From: Myxococcota bacterium
GTDB taxonomy: Bacteria > Myxococcota_A > UBA9160 > SZUA-336
Length of the DNA stretch: 64,000 nt
Reading direction: 5' to 3'
Assembly (NCBI GenBank): GCA_965247115.1
Contig: CBDFGR010000003.1
Coordinates: forward strand, 672,001 to 736,000
Shown: positions 27,669 to 38,275 of the stretch, one piece after another
Numbering within the stretch: the stretch's first letter is position 1
How the letters are laid out: each line of letters starts with the position of its first letter
The notes under the pieces: generated by a model
The model's database searches: none
What the model was told of the DNA's origin: nothing
Seen by the model: the letters and a program-made list of their open reading frames with translations, nothing else
Made by a program: the position numbers and the translations under genes

Positions 27669-30600
27669 ATGACGGCCACGCCTGACTCCCCGGTGCCGGA
27701 CCCATCCGGGTCGGGAGGATCGGTTCTCAAGACCCTGCTCCTGACGGATCTGGTTGGGAGCACGCGCCTTACCGAGCAGGTGGGAGACCAGCGCGCGAGC
27801 GAGATCTGGGCGCGCCACGACCACCGGGCGCGCGAGCTGCTCGCTCGACAAGGCGGACGCGAGATCGACAAGTCCGACGGGTTCCTGCTGCTCTTCGACC
27901 GGCCGAGCGAGGCCGTGGCCTACGCCCTCGCCTACCACCGCGCGCTGGAGGCGCTGTCGCACGAGCTCGGCGTGGAGCTCCGCGCCCGCGCCGGGATCCA
28001 CCTGGGCGAGGTCATCCTGCGCGAGAACCCCCCGGACGAGGTCGCTCGCGGGGCCAAGCCCTTCGACGTCGAGGGCCTCGCGAAGCCGCTGGCGGCACGC
28101 GTCATGGCCTTGGCTCAGGGGGGGCAGACCCTGCTCACGCGCGGGGCCGTCGACCTGGCGCGGCGCGCCGCGGTGGGGAGCGACACCGGCGAGACGTTGC
28201 AGTGGCTGGCGCACGGGGCCTACCTGCTGGCCGGAATTGACGAGCCCGTGGAGCTGTTCGAGGTCGGCGTGCCAGGGCTCGCGCCGCTCTCGGCCCCTCC
28301 CGATAGCGAGAAGGGCAAGCGAGCCATCACTCCCGACGAGCAGCTCATGCTCGGCTGGCGTCCCGCCGCCGGGCTCGCGATTCCGACCCGCCCGAACTGG
28401 GTGCTCGAGCGCGGCGTGGGCGAGGGGGGCTTTGGAGAGGTCTGGATCGCGTCCCACGCCAAGACCGGCGCAAGGCGCGTGTTCAAGTTCTGCTTCGAGT
28501 CGGAGCGACTGCGGGGCCTGCGGCGCGAGGTGGTGCTGTTCCGCCTGCTCAAGGAGGCGCTCGGAGACCGCGACGACATCGCGCAGATCCTGGACTGGCA
28601 GTTCGATGAGCCTCCCTACTTCCTCGAGGGGGAGTACAGCGCGGGGGGTGATCTCTCCGCGTGGGCGGAGGATCACGGGGGGGCCGGCGAGATCCCGCTG
28701 GACGAGCGGCTCGAGCTCGTGGCGCAGACGGCGGTGGCGCTGGGCGCGGCCCACTCCGTGGGCGTGCTCCACAAGGACATCAAGCCCGCCAACATCCTGA
28801 TCCACACCGATCCGGAGACGCAGCGCTCCCGGGCCCGACTCACGGACTTCGGGATCGGTCTGGTCACGGACCGGGAGGCTCTGGCGAAGCAGGGCATCAC
28901 CGCCCACGGCCTGACCCAGACCCTGCTTTCGGGCAGCGGGAGCACGGGCACGCCGCTCTACCTGGCGCCAGAGGTCCTCGCCGGTCAGCCTCCGACCACG
29001 CGCTCGGACGTGTACGCACTGGGAGTCGTGCTGTACCAGAGCGTCGCGGGCAACTTCGAGCGAGTGCTGGCGCCCGGCTGGGAGCGCGACGTCGACGACG
29101 CGCTGCTGCGCGAGGACATCGCCGGCTGCGTGGACGGGGATCCCGCCCGCCGCCTGGCGAGCGCGGACGAGCTGGCGCAGCGGCTGCGAGGGCTCGAGCA
29201 GCGTCGCGCCCAGCGTGAGAGCGAGGCGCGCCAGCGCCGCGAGGCGGAGCGCGCCCATCGGCGCCGGCGTCAGTTCACGCTAGCGAGCATCGTGGGGGTC
29301 AGCCTGACCCTGGCCGTGGCAGCCCTGGCCTGGCGCGAGAGCAGCCTTCGCGAGCTCGCCCAGGCCGCGAGCTACGTCTCCGACATCCAGCTGAGCTTCG
29401 CCCGCCTGGAGCAGGGCAGGCGCGGGCTGGCGCAGGCGTCGCTCGAGCGCGCGCCTCCGCAGTATAGGGGCTGGGAGTGGGGGTATCTGGCGCGCGAAGC
29501 GGGGCTGGGCGATGCACGGCCCGGTCGCACTCCGCTCGTGCTCCAAACCGGGGAGACCGCTGCGGAGATCTGGAGGAATGCCGTGCCAACCGTCATGGCG
29601 ACCCTCCCGGGAAAGCGTGGTTTGACCGATTGGCAACTCCTCTTCAGCGGCGACGGACGGAGGCTGATCTTCTGGACACAGGGAACGCCCGTCCAGGTCT
29701 GGGATGTGGAGTCTGGCGAGGCAATCAGGCTGCTCTCCGAGACCTCGAGTGGCTTCCTTGCTGGGAGCCATGACGGCAGATGGCTGGTCGCCCGCGAGGA
29801 CGAGTCTTCCGGAGCGACGGACTCGGGAGACCTTGCGGTGCTCTGGAACGTGGAGACAGGGGCTGCGATCCGGAGCTTCGAGTTCCCCTTCGGCAGTTTC
29901 TTTGTGCCGACCTTCAGCCCAGACGACTCGGTTCTTGTCGTATCTTCGATGGGGGGCAGGTCTGAGGACTGGATCGCGTACCAACTCACCATCTGGGACG
30001 TGGCGAGCGGCCGTCTGCGGACGGAAATCACGCTGCCGATCGTGGCCCCGGTCCCGCCCATCGGTGTGGCCTTCCTCTCCGAGGGCCGAATGATGGCTCC
30101 CTGGGGTCTCGACGAGCTCAGAACCTGGGACCTGATGACCGGAGAGCTGCTGGACGCGAGCACGCTTCCCGTCGCTCCGGATCGATTTCTCGCCCGGGTT
30201 GTGGGGAATCCGGACGGGGGAATCGTCGCCTTATCCATTGAGCGAGGTGGTAAGAGCGGCCTGGGATGTCCACTCCGGAAGGAAGATCTGGGAACACGCG
30301 GATTCCGAAGTCGACTGGTACGGTGCCAGGACTGCGGATGGGACCGTCACGGCGGGAGTAGGAGCCGACGGTACGATCCGCTTCATGGAGACGCCCCCCG
30401 AGCCAGGGAACGGCACCACGACAGGACCGGAGTTGGCGCGCTTCGTCATCGACACGGCGGGCCCACTAGCGTCGGATTATTTCGGATCCGCGTTCAGCCC
30501 GGATGGGAGCCGGTATGCATACTTGGATCCGGACGACGGCGGGATCCGTATCCTCGTGCCCGCAGCAGGAGCCCCGCGCGATCTCACACGCCTCGGCGGA

Positions 30601-31710
30601 CACGGCGACCTGGTCCTGCAGCTCTGCTTCACGCCGGATGGATCCCGCCTCGTTGCGGGCTCCCTCGACCACACCCTCTCCGTGTGGGACGTGGAGACGC
30701 GCGAGCAAGTGCACATCCTGAAGGGCCACGAGGGACCCGTCACGAGGGTGTCTTGTAGCCCGGACGGGCGCTCGGTCTTCTCCACGTCGACCGACGGAAC
30801 GGTGGCGCTGTGGGATACCTCGACAGGCGAGCGGCGTTTTCGCCTCGCCGGAGGCTATTCGAGCGAAGAGCTGACTCAGGCAGCGGCCTACGTTCAAGGC
30901 GGGGGGCGGGAGTCTCACCTGTGGGAAGTGCTCAGGTCCGCTCGACAGATCTTCAGTCCCGACGGGCGACGCCTCGTCCATCAAGCCGCTGGTCCCGATG
31001 CGTGGGTCGTCGACACCGCAACGGGGGAGATATCGATGACACTCCCCGGGGTGGAGCTTTGGCCGCGGCTGATGTTCGGAGACGCCATTGAGGTCGGCGC
31101 GGGAGGACGCAGGATTCTCAACAACCACCTGCTCTGGGATGCCGCGAGCGGGGAGTTCATCCGCGAACTTGGAGGTTCTGGGCAAGCGTTCAGCCCGGAT
31201 GGCTCACGCATCGCGGGATTCGTCGGGCCCGCGTTCGGTTCGAATCCCCCGAAGGCCGGGGTTCTGCCCGGCACTTCGTTGAGCGTGAAAGGGGGGGAAC
31301 TCGCAACCTGGGATGCCAGGACAGGGAACGGTGTAAGGGTATTTCGCGACGAGCTTGTCATGCCGTCCGGGCTTCGCTTCAGCCCAGATGGCCGACGTCT
31401 CGCAGTGATCGCAGTCGATGCCAACCGGGTCAACGTGTGGGATACGGAAACTGGTGATCTCGTCACCACCCTTTGCTGTCCAGGTCACCCCTACAGCGCT
31501 TCGTTCAGCCCGGACGGCGAGCGCGTCCTGACCCAGTCTCAACGAGACGGCCTCGGCGTCTGGGATCTGGACGGGAACGAGCTCGTCACTCTCACCCCGG
31601 CCGCAAAGCCCTACACCGTCGCGTGGAGCCCCGACGGCAGCCTGATCGCCGCCGCCCTGCACGACGGCTCGGTCCAGCTCTGGGAAGCCCTGCCCTGGAG
31701 CGAACCGTAA
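27669..31710 (+). pseudogene. Cyclase-like + Ser/Thr kinase + TM + WD40 receptor, copy 1 (frameshifted by an 11-nt deletion at ~30259)
   Basis: TDLVGST/EIDKSDG cyclase-type motifs; GEGGFGEVW, HKDIKPAN, DFG, APE kinase motifs; TM helix; WD40 repeats split over ORFs 27669-30758 and 30199-31710; alignment to copy 2 shows ACTCGGAGCGG is missing. Confidence 0.85.
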
Positions 31711-31757
31711 GTGTCTCGGGTCCATACGCACTACCCCGCACCCGCTTCGAGGAGCAG

Positions 31758-34700
31758 ATGACGGCGACGCCTGACTCCCCGGTGGCGGACCCATCCGGGT
31801 CGGGAGGTTCGGTTCTCAAGACCCTGCTCCTGACGGATCTGGTGGGGAGCACGCGCCTGACCGAACGAGTGGGAGACCAGCGCGCGAGCGAGATCTGGGC
31901 GCGCCACGATCACCTGGCGCGCGAGCTGCTCCCCGACTACGGCGGACGCGAGATCGACAAGTCCGATGGGTTTCTGCTGCTCTTCGACCGGCCGAGCGAG
32001 GCCGTGACCTACGCCCTCGCCTACCACCGCGCGCTGGAGGCGCTGTCGCACGAGCTAGATGTGGAGCTACGCGCACGCACCGGGATCCATCTTGGCGAGG
32101 TGATCCTTCGCGAGAACCCGGCGGACGAGGTAGCTCGTGGCGCGAAGCCCTTCGACGTCGAGGGCCTCGCGAAGCCGCTTGCCGCCCGAGTCATGGGGCT
32201 GGCTCAAGGGGGACAGACCCTGCTCACCCAGAGCGCCTTCGATCTGGCACGGCGGGCCGCGGTGGGGAGCGACACCGGGGACACTCTGGAGTGGCTCGCC
32301 CATGGCGCCTACCTGCTCTACGGGGTAGACGAGCCGGTCGATGTCTTCGAGGTCGGCGTGCCCGGGCTCTCTCCGCTCTCGCCGCCTCCTGACACCGAAA
32401 AGGGTAAGCGGACCGTCAGCGCCGAGGAGGAGCTCACCCTAGGCTGGCGTCCTGCCGCAGGACTCACGATTCCGACCCGCGCGCACTGGGTGCTCGACCG
32501 CAGCGTGGGGGAGGGGGGCTTTGGCGAGGTCTGGATCGCCGCCCATGCCAAGACCGGTGCCAGGCGCACGTTCAAGTTCTGTTTCGAGTCCGAACGCCTG
32601 CGGGGACTGCGGCGCGAAGTGGTGCTGTTCCGGCTCCTCAAGGGGTCGCTCGGACACCGGGACGACATCGCCCAGATCCTCGACTGGGAGTTCGACCACC
32701 CTCCCTACTTCCTCGAGGCTGAGTACAGCGAGGGAGGCGACCTGCTGGACTGGGCCGAGGAGCGCGGCGGTCTCACCCAGGTTCCCCTCCCGGAGCGGCT
32801 CGAGCTCGTGGCCGAGAGCGCGGTCGCGCTCGGCGCGGCGCACTCGGTGGGCGTGCTCCACAAGGACATCAAGCCCGCGAACGTCCTGATCCACACCGAT
32901 TCCGAGACGGGACGCGCTCGGGCCCGCCTCACGGACTTCGGGATCGGGCTGGTGACGGACGGAGAGGCGCTCGCGAAGCAGGGCATCACGGTCGAAGGTC
33001 TCACGCAGACCCTCCTCTCGGGCAGCGGGAGCACGAGCGGCACGCCGCTCTACATGGCTCCCGAGGTCATCGCCGGCCAGCCGTCAACCACGCTCTCCGA
33101 CCTCTACTCGCTCGGAGTGATGCTGTACCAGAGCGTGGCGGGCAACTTCGGCAGGGTGCTCGCGCCCGGTTGGGAGCGCGACGTCGACGACGAGCTGCTG
33201 CGCGAGGACATCGCCGCGTGCGTGGATGGGGATCCGGCGCGCCGCATTGCGAGTGCGGCCGAGCTGGCGCAGCGACTGCGCGGCCTCGAGCAACGCCGTG
33301 CCCGGCGTCAGACCGAGGCGCGCCAGCGCCGCGAGGCGGAGCGCGCCCGCCGCCGGCGCCGTCAGTTCACGGTGGCGAGTGTCGCGGGGATCAGCCTGAC
33401 CCTGGCCGTGGCGGCCCTGGCCTGGCGGGAGAGCAGCCTGCGCCAGCGCGAGAGCAGCCTGCGCGAGCGCGCCCAGGCCGCGAGCTACGTCTCCGATATC
33501 CAGCTGAGCTTCGCCCGCCTGGAGCAGGGCAGACGGGGGTTGGCCCAGGCGTCTATCGAGCGCGCGGCTCCGCAATACAGGGGCTGGGAGTGGGGATACC
33601 TGGCGCGCGAAGCGGGGCTGGGCGATGCACGGCCCGGTCGCACTCCGCTCGTGCTCCAAACCGGGGAGACCGCTGCGGAGATCTGGAGGAATGCCGTGCC
33701 AACCGTCATGGCGACCCTCCCGGGAAAGCGTGGTTTGACCGATTGGCAACTCCTCTTCAGCGGCGACGGACGGAGGCTGATCTTCTGGACACAGGGAACG
33801 CCCGTCCAGGTCTGGGATGTGGAATCTGGCGAGGCGATCAGGCTGCTCTCCGAGACCTCGAGTGGCTTCCTTGCGGGGAGCCATGACGGCAGATGGCTGG
33901 TCGCCCGCGAGGACGAGTCTTCCGGAGCGACGGACTCGGGAGACCTTGCAGTGCTCTGGAACGTGGAGACAGGGGCTGCGATCCGGAGCTTCGAGTTCCC
34001 GTTCGGTTTCTTCTTCGTGCCGACCTTCAGCCCGGACGACTCGGCTCTTGTCATCTCTTCGATGAGGAGCACCTCCGAAGACTGGTTGGAGTACCAGCTC
34101 ACCATCTGGGACGTGGCGACCGGCCGTCTGCGGACGGAAATCACGCTGCCGAACGTGGCCCCGTTCGCGCCCATCGGTGTGGCCTTCCCCTCCGAGGGCC
34201 GAATGATGGCTCCCTGGGGTCTCAACGAGCTCAGAACCTGGGACCTGATAACCGGAGAGCTGCTGGACGCGAGCACGCTCCCCGTTGCTCCGGATCGATT
34301 TCTCGTCCGGGTTGTGGGGAATCCGGACGGGGGAATCGCCGCCTTAGCCGTTGAGCGAGGTGGTAAAAGCGGACTCGGAGCGGCCTGGGATGTCCACTCC
34401 GGAAGGAAGATCTGGGAACACGCGGATTCCGAAGTCGACTGGTATGGTGCCAGGACTGCGGATGGGACCGTCACGGCGGGAGTCGGAGCCGACGGCACGA
34501 TCCGCTTCATCGAGACGCCCGCCGAGCCCGGGAACGGCACCACGACCGGACCGGAGCTGGCGCGCTTCGTCCCCGACACGGCGGGCCAGCTCGCGTCGGA
34601 TTACTTCGGGTCCGCGTTCAGCCCGGATGGGAGCAGGTACGCATACCTGGATCCGGACGACGGCGGGATCCGGATCCTCGTGCCCGCAGCAGGAGCGCCG

Positions 34701-35843
34701 CGCGATCTTGCACGCCTCCGCGGACACGGCAACCTGGTCCTGCAGCTCTGCTTCACGCCGGATGGGTCCCGCCTCGTTGCGGGCTCCCTCGACCACACCC
34801 TCTCCGTGTGGGACGTGGCGACGCGCGAGCGAGCGCACCTTCTTGCGGGCCACGAGGGACCCGTCACGAGCGTGTCCTGTAGCCCGGACGGGCGCTCGGT
34901 CTTCTCCACATCGATCGATGGCACGGTGGCACTATGGGATACCGCGACAGGCGAGCAGCGTTTCCGCCTCGACGGAAGCTATTCGAGCGAACAGCTGACT
35001 CAGGCAGCGGCCTACATTCATGGCGGGGGGGTCCATTGGGGGGATTCTCACCTGTTGGGAGTGCTCCGATCCGGTCGACAGATCTTCAGTCCCGACGGGC
35101 GACGCGTCGTCCATCAAGCCGCTGGTCCCGATGCGTGGGTCGTCGACACCGCAACGGGGGAGATATCGATGACACTCCCCGGGGTCGAGCTCTGGCCGCG
35201 GCTGATGGTCGGAGACGCAGTTGAGGTCGGCGCGGGAGGACGCAGGATTCTCAACAATCACCTGCTCTGGGATGCCGAGAGCGGGGAGTTGATCCGCGAA
35301 CTTGGAGGTGCTGGGCTAGCGTTCAGCCCGGACGGCTCACGCATCGCGGGATTCGTCGGGCCCGCGTTTGGTTCGAATCCCCCGAAGGACGGGGTTCTGC
35401 CCGGAAGTTCGTTGAGCGTGAAAGGGGGGGAAGTCGCAACCTGGGATGCCAGGACAGGGAACGGGGTAAGGGTATTTCGCGACGAGCTTGTCATGCAGTC
35501 CGGTCTTCGCTTCAGCCCAGATGGACGACGTCTCGCGGTGATCTCGGTCTATGCCAACCGGGTCAATGTGTGGGATACGGAAACCGGTGATCTCGTCACT
35601 ACCCTCTGCTGCCCAGCTCACCCCTACAGCGCCCGGTTCAGCCCGGATGGCCGGCGCGTCCTGACCCAGTCTCAACGAGACGGCCTCGGCGTGTGGGACC
35701 TGAACGGGAACGAGCTCGTCACCCTCACTCCGGCCGCGAAGCCCTACACCGTTGCGTGGAGCCCCGACGGCAGCCTGATCGCCGCCGCCCTGCACGACGG
35801 CTCGGTCCAGCTCTGGGAAGCACTGCCCTGGACCGAGCCGTGA
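31758..35843 (+). CDS. Cyclase-like + Ser/Thr kinase + TM + WD40 receptor, copy 2 (intact)
   Basis: GAGGAG RBS then ATG at 31758 (MTATPDSP, as in copy 1); same domain motifs in a single frame. Confidence 0.92.
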   Translation: MTATPDSPVADPSGSGGSVLKTLLLTDLVGSTRLTERVGDQRASEIWARHDHLARELLPDYGGREIDKSDGFLLLFDRPSEAVTYALAYHRALEALSHELDVELRARTGIHLGEVILRENPADEVARGAKPFDVEGLAKPLAARVMGLAQGGQTLLTQSAFDLARRAAVGSDTGDTLEWLAHGAYLLYGVDEPVDVFEVGVPGLSPLSPPPDTEKGKRTVSAEEELTLGWRPAAGLTIPTRAHWVLDRSVGEGGFGEVWIAAHAKTGARRTFKFCFESERLRGLRREVVLFRLLKGSLGHRDDIAQILDWEFDHPPYFLEAEYSEGGDLLDWAEERGGLTQVPLPERLELVAESAVALGAAHSVGVLHKDIKPANVLIHTDSETGRARARLTDFGIGLVTDGEALAKQGITVEGLTQTLLSGSGSTSGTPLYMAPEVIAGQPSTTLSDLYSLGVMLYQSVAGNFGRVLAPGWERDVDDELLREDIAACVDGDPARRIASAAELAQRLRGLEQRRARRQTEARQRREAERARRRRRQFTVASVAGISLTLAVAALAWRESSLRQRESSLRERAQAASYVSDIQLSFARLEQGRRGLAQASIERAAPQYRGWEWGYLAREAGLGDARPGRTPLVLQTGETAAEIWRNAVPTVMATLPGKRGLTDWQLLFSGDGRRLIFWTQGTPVQVWDVESGEAIRLLSETSSGFLAGSHDGRWLVAREDESSGATDSGDLAVLWNVETGAAIRSFEFPFGFFFVPTFSPDDSALVISSMRSTSEDWLEYQLTIWDVATGRLRTEITLPNVAPFAPIGVAFPSEGRMMAPWGLNELRTWDLITGELLDASTLPVAPDRFLVRVVGNPDGGIAALAVERGGKSGLGAAWDVHSGRKIWEHADSEVDWYGARTADGTVTAGVGADGTIRFIETPAEPGNGTTTGPELARFVPDTAGQLASDYFGSAFSPDGSRYAYLDPDDGGIRILVPAAGAPRDLARLRGHGNLVLQLCFTPDGSRLVAGSLDHTLSVWDVATRERAHLLAGHEGPVTSVSCSPDGRSVFSTSIDGTVALWDTATGEQRFRLDGSYSSEQLTQAAAYIHGGGVHWGDSHLLGVLRSGRQIFSPDGRRVVHQAAGPDAWVVDTATGEISMTLPGVELWPRLMVGDAVEVGAGGRRILNNHLLWDAESGELIRELGGAGLAFSPDGSRIAGFVGPAFGSNPPKDGVLPGSSLSVKGGEVATWDARTGNGVRVFRDELVMQSGLRFSPDGRRLAVISVYANRVNVWDTETGDLVTTLCCPAHPYSARFSPDGRRVLTQSQRDGLGVWDLNGNELVTLTPAAKPYTVAWSPDGSLIAAALHDGSVQLWEALPWTEP

Positions 35844-35897
35844 GGCTGCCTCAGCCCATAGCCGGACCACTAGTCGAAACGCAGCCGAATAAGTCCG

Positions 35898-36635
35898 TCA
35901 GGGCTTGAGAAAAAAGTAGACCGCCCATCCCATCTCGTCCCTGCCCCATCTCAAGTAGGTGTCAACAAACTTCGGGTCTCGGAGAGCCGCAGAGTCCGGG
36001 TCATCGGGGTGTTCGTGAGCATACTTTTCAGCGGCATAAAAATGATCCCCTTCAAAGCGGTCCCAATCGTCCGTGCTCGAAACGATTGCGCGAAGAAAGC
36101 GAAGCCCGCTCTCAGTCCCCACCTCGACGTTCCCGCGATGTGAGTGATAGCTCTCCCGCGAGAACCCGGACGCTTTCAAGTGGTCAGGCGAGGGCTCCCG
36201 AATCCAAAACGGCTGACCCGTGACGATCGTACCGCCCCGCTTGGTCCACCTCCCTAGAGCCTCTAGGGTCCCCCGGTGCCCGTTCCAGATCCAGCTGGCG
36301 CCGAGACACATCGACGCGTCGAATGATTCCGCGTCTCCCTCAAACTTCGCGCCGTCCCCCTCGATAATCTCGACCCGGTCAGCAAGTTCGTACTTGACGG
36401 CAGTTTCGCGCGCGACGCCGATGACCCACGGGAACACATCCACCCCGATACCGTGCGCACTCCAGCGCTGAGCGGCGCGACAAAGGACCTCTCCTGGCCC
36501 GCACGCAATGTCAAGAATGCGCCCGCCCAGCGGAAGCTGTAGGAATTCGACGAGGTCATCGACCTTAGCGTCCGACAGAGGGTTCCAAATCCTCTGATCG
36601 CAGTACGTGATTTTGATGAGTTTCCAGAAGTCCAC
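35898..36635 (-). CDS. Class I SAM-dependent methyltransferase
   Basis: RILDIACGPGE, GIGVD, FDASMCLGASW. Confidence 0.9.
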   Translation of the reverse strand: MDFWKLIKITYCDQRIWNPLSDAKVDDLVEFLQLPLGGRILDIACGPGEVLCRAAQRWSAHGIGVDVFPWVIGVARETAVKYELADRVEIIEGDGAKFEGDAESFDASMCLGASWIWNGHRGTLEALGRWTKRGGTIVTGQPFWIREPSPDHLKASGFSRESYHSHRGNVEVGTESGLRFLRAIVSSTDDWDRFEGDHFYAAEKYAHEHPDDPDSAALRDPKFVDTYLRWGRDEMGWAVYFFLKP

Positions 36636-36787
36636 GTAGCCGCTCCCGGCACCGTCTGACCTCGGTACCGACGGCTTTGCCAGCGAGTGGGGTCCGTTCC
36701 GCGAGCCGGCGACGGTGATTCCAGCAATGCACCAGCAGCATAGTAGGGTTTCGCATCAGCTTCATCCTGGGTTAGGGTACGCGCTCA

Positions 36788-38173
36788 GTGGGATGGCTCG
36801 ACGCACTACGGGACCTCGGCGGAGCGCTCTCGGAGGTGACCGAGCGCTGGGTACCGGACGCCTGGGTGATCTGCATGCTGCTGACGGCCGTCGCCCTCTT
36901 GTTGACGCTGTTTGGAGCGGGTGCCGGGCCCCAAGAGACAGTGCTCGCGTGGGGCGCGGGCGTCTGGAACCTGCTCGAGCTCGCGATGCAGTTCACCATC
37001 GCACTGGTTGCGGCCCACGCGTGTGTCGCCTCGCGCCCTATCCACCGCACCCTCGATCTTCTCGCCGGTCTTCCCGACCCCCAGAAGCCAGTGCAGGCGG
37101 TAGCGCTGGCCGGCTCGGTTTCGTTGGTGACAGGCTACCTGAACTGGGCCTTCTGCATTGTCGCCTGCGCGCTGTTCGTCCCATTCCTGTGTAAGCGCAA
37201 CCCGCGTGCAGACGTGCGGGTTCTGGTTGCGGCGTCGTACATGGGGCTTGGCACTGTCTGGCACGGCGGCTTCTCCGGCTCGGGGCCGCTGATCCTCGCG
37301 ACTCCGGGCAACCCCCTGCTCGAGCCTGGGAGCGGGCTGGCCGTCGTCGACCGCCTCTACCCGGTGACGGAGACCTTGTTCAACCCTTTCAACCTGGTCT
37401 ACCTGCCCGTGATCGGCGCCGTCGGGCTGGTCGCTTCGATGGCACTTCACCCGCGCCGCAACGTTCGCAGCCTGACACCCACCGAGGTCGAGCGCATTCT
37501 CCCAAAGCCGCCGGAAGCGGTCGCGCCCCTGCCGACACCGGCGGGCCGTGTCGATGCGTTTCGCGGCTGGGTATGGCTCGCGGTGATCCTGCTCGTCTAC
37601 CCACTCGGCCACTCGATCGCGACGCGTGGTTTCGGCGTGAGCTGGAGCATCAATGCCTACAATGTGGTCTTCCTGGCGCTCGCGCTCGTGCTCCACGGGC
37701 GCCCGCTGCCCTTCCTCCGCGCCTGTCGCGACGGTGTGGATGCCGCCTGGGGGATCATCCTGCAGTTCCCGTTCTACGCGGGCATCTTCGGACTCATGCA
37801 GAACACCGGACTCGGCGCGTGGCTTGGCACGCTCTTCGCCGAGCTTGCTAGCCAGCGCACGTACCCGCTTCTTGTCTACGTGTACTCAGGTGTCATGAAC
37901 CTGTTCGTGCCGTCCGCTGGCTCCAAGTGGCTGATCGAGGCGCCGTTTCTGCTGCCGGCCGGCCAGGCGCTCGACGTCTCGACGGTCACCGTTCTGCTCG
38001 CCTACGCGTACGGCGACTCTACGACGAACCTGATTCAGCCGTTCCTTGCGATCCCGATCCTCGCGGTCACCCGCATGCGCTTCGGGGATATCGTCGGCTA
38101 CACGTTCCTGATCGCGCTCGCGTGCCTTGCCGTGAACCTCGTCGCGATGTTCCTGATCCCAGTAGATCTCTGA
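36788..38173 (+). CDS. atoE: Short-chain fatty acid transporter (AtoE/TIGR00366 family)
   Basis: ERWVPD, WHGGFSGSGPL, IILQFPFYAGIFG, NLFVPSAG, TNLIQPF; multiple TM helices. Confidence 0.88.
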   Translation: MGWLDALRDLGGALSEVTERWVPDAWVICMLLTAVALLLTLFGAGAGPQETVLAWGAGVWNLLELAMQFTIALVAAHACVASRPIHRTLDLLAGLPDPQKPVQAVALAGSVSLVTGYLNWAFCIVACALFVPFLCKRNPRADVRVLVAASYMGLGTVWHGGFSGSGPLILATPGNPLLEPGSGLAVVDRLYPVTETLFNPFNLVYLPVIGAVGLVASMALHPRRNVRSLTPTEVERILPKPPEAVAPLPTPAGRVDAFRGWVWLAVILLVYPLGHSIATRGFGVSWSINAYNVVFLALALVLHGRPLPFLRACRDGVDAAWGIILQFPFYAGIFGLMQNTGLGAWLGTLFAELASQRTYPLLVYVYSGVMNLFVPSAGSKWLIEAPFLLPAGQALDVSTVTVLLAYAYGDSTTNLIQPFLAIPILAVTRMRFGDIVGYTFLIALACLAVNLVAMFLIPVDL

Positions 38174-38275
38174 AGCTCGAGCATCCTGGCCTATTTGAGC
38201 GAGTCGCGAACCGCGGCGTCATCGGCTCCGGCTCTTGTGTAGTCTAGGAGCTGACTTTCACTCGGGAGGCTGCAA

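Noticed and set aside
27669..35843. Diversity-generating retroelement behind the paralogue differences
   Set aside because: No reverse transcriptase in the window, differences are not adenine-specific, and whole genes are duplicated
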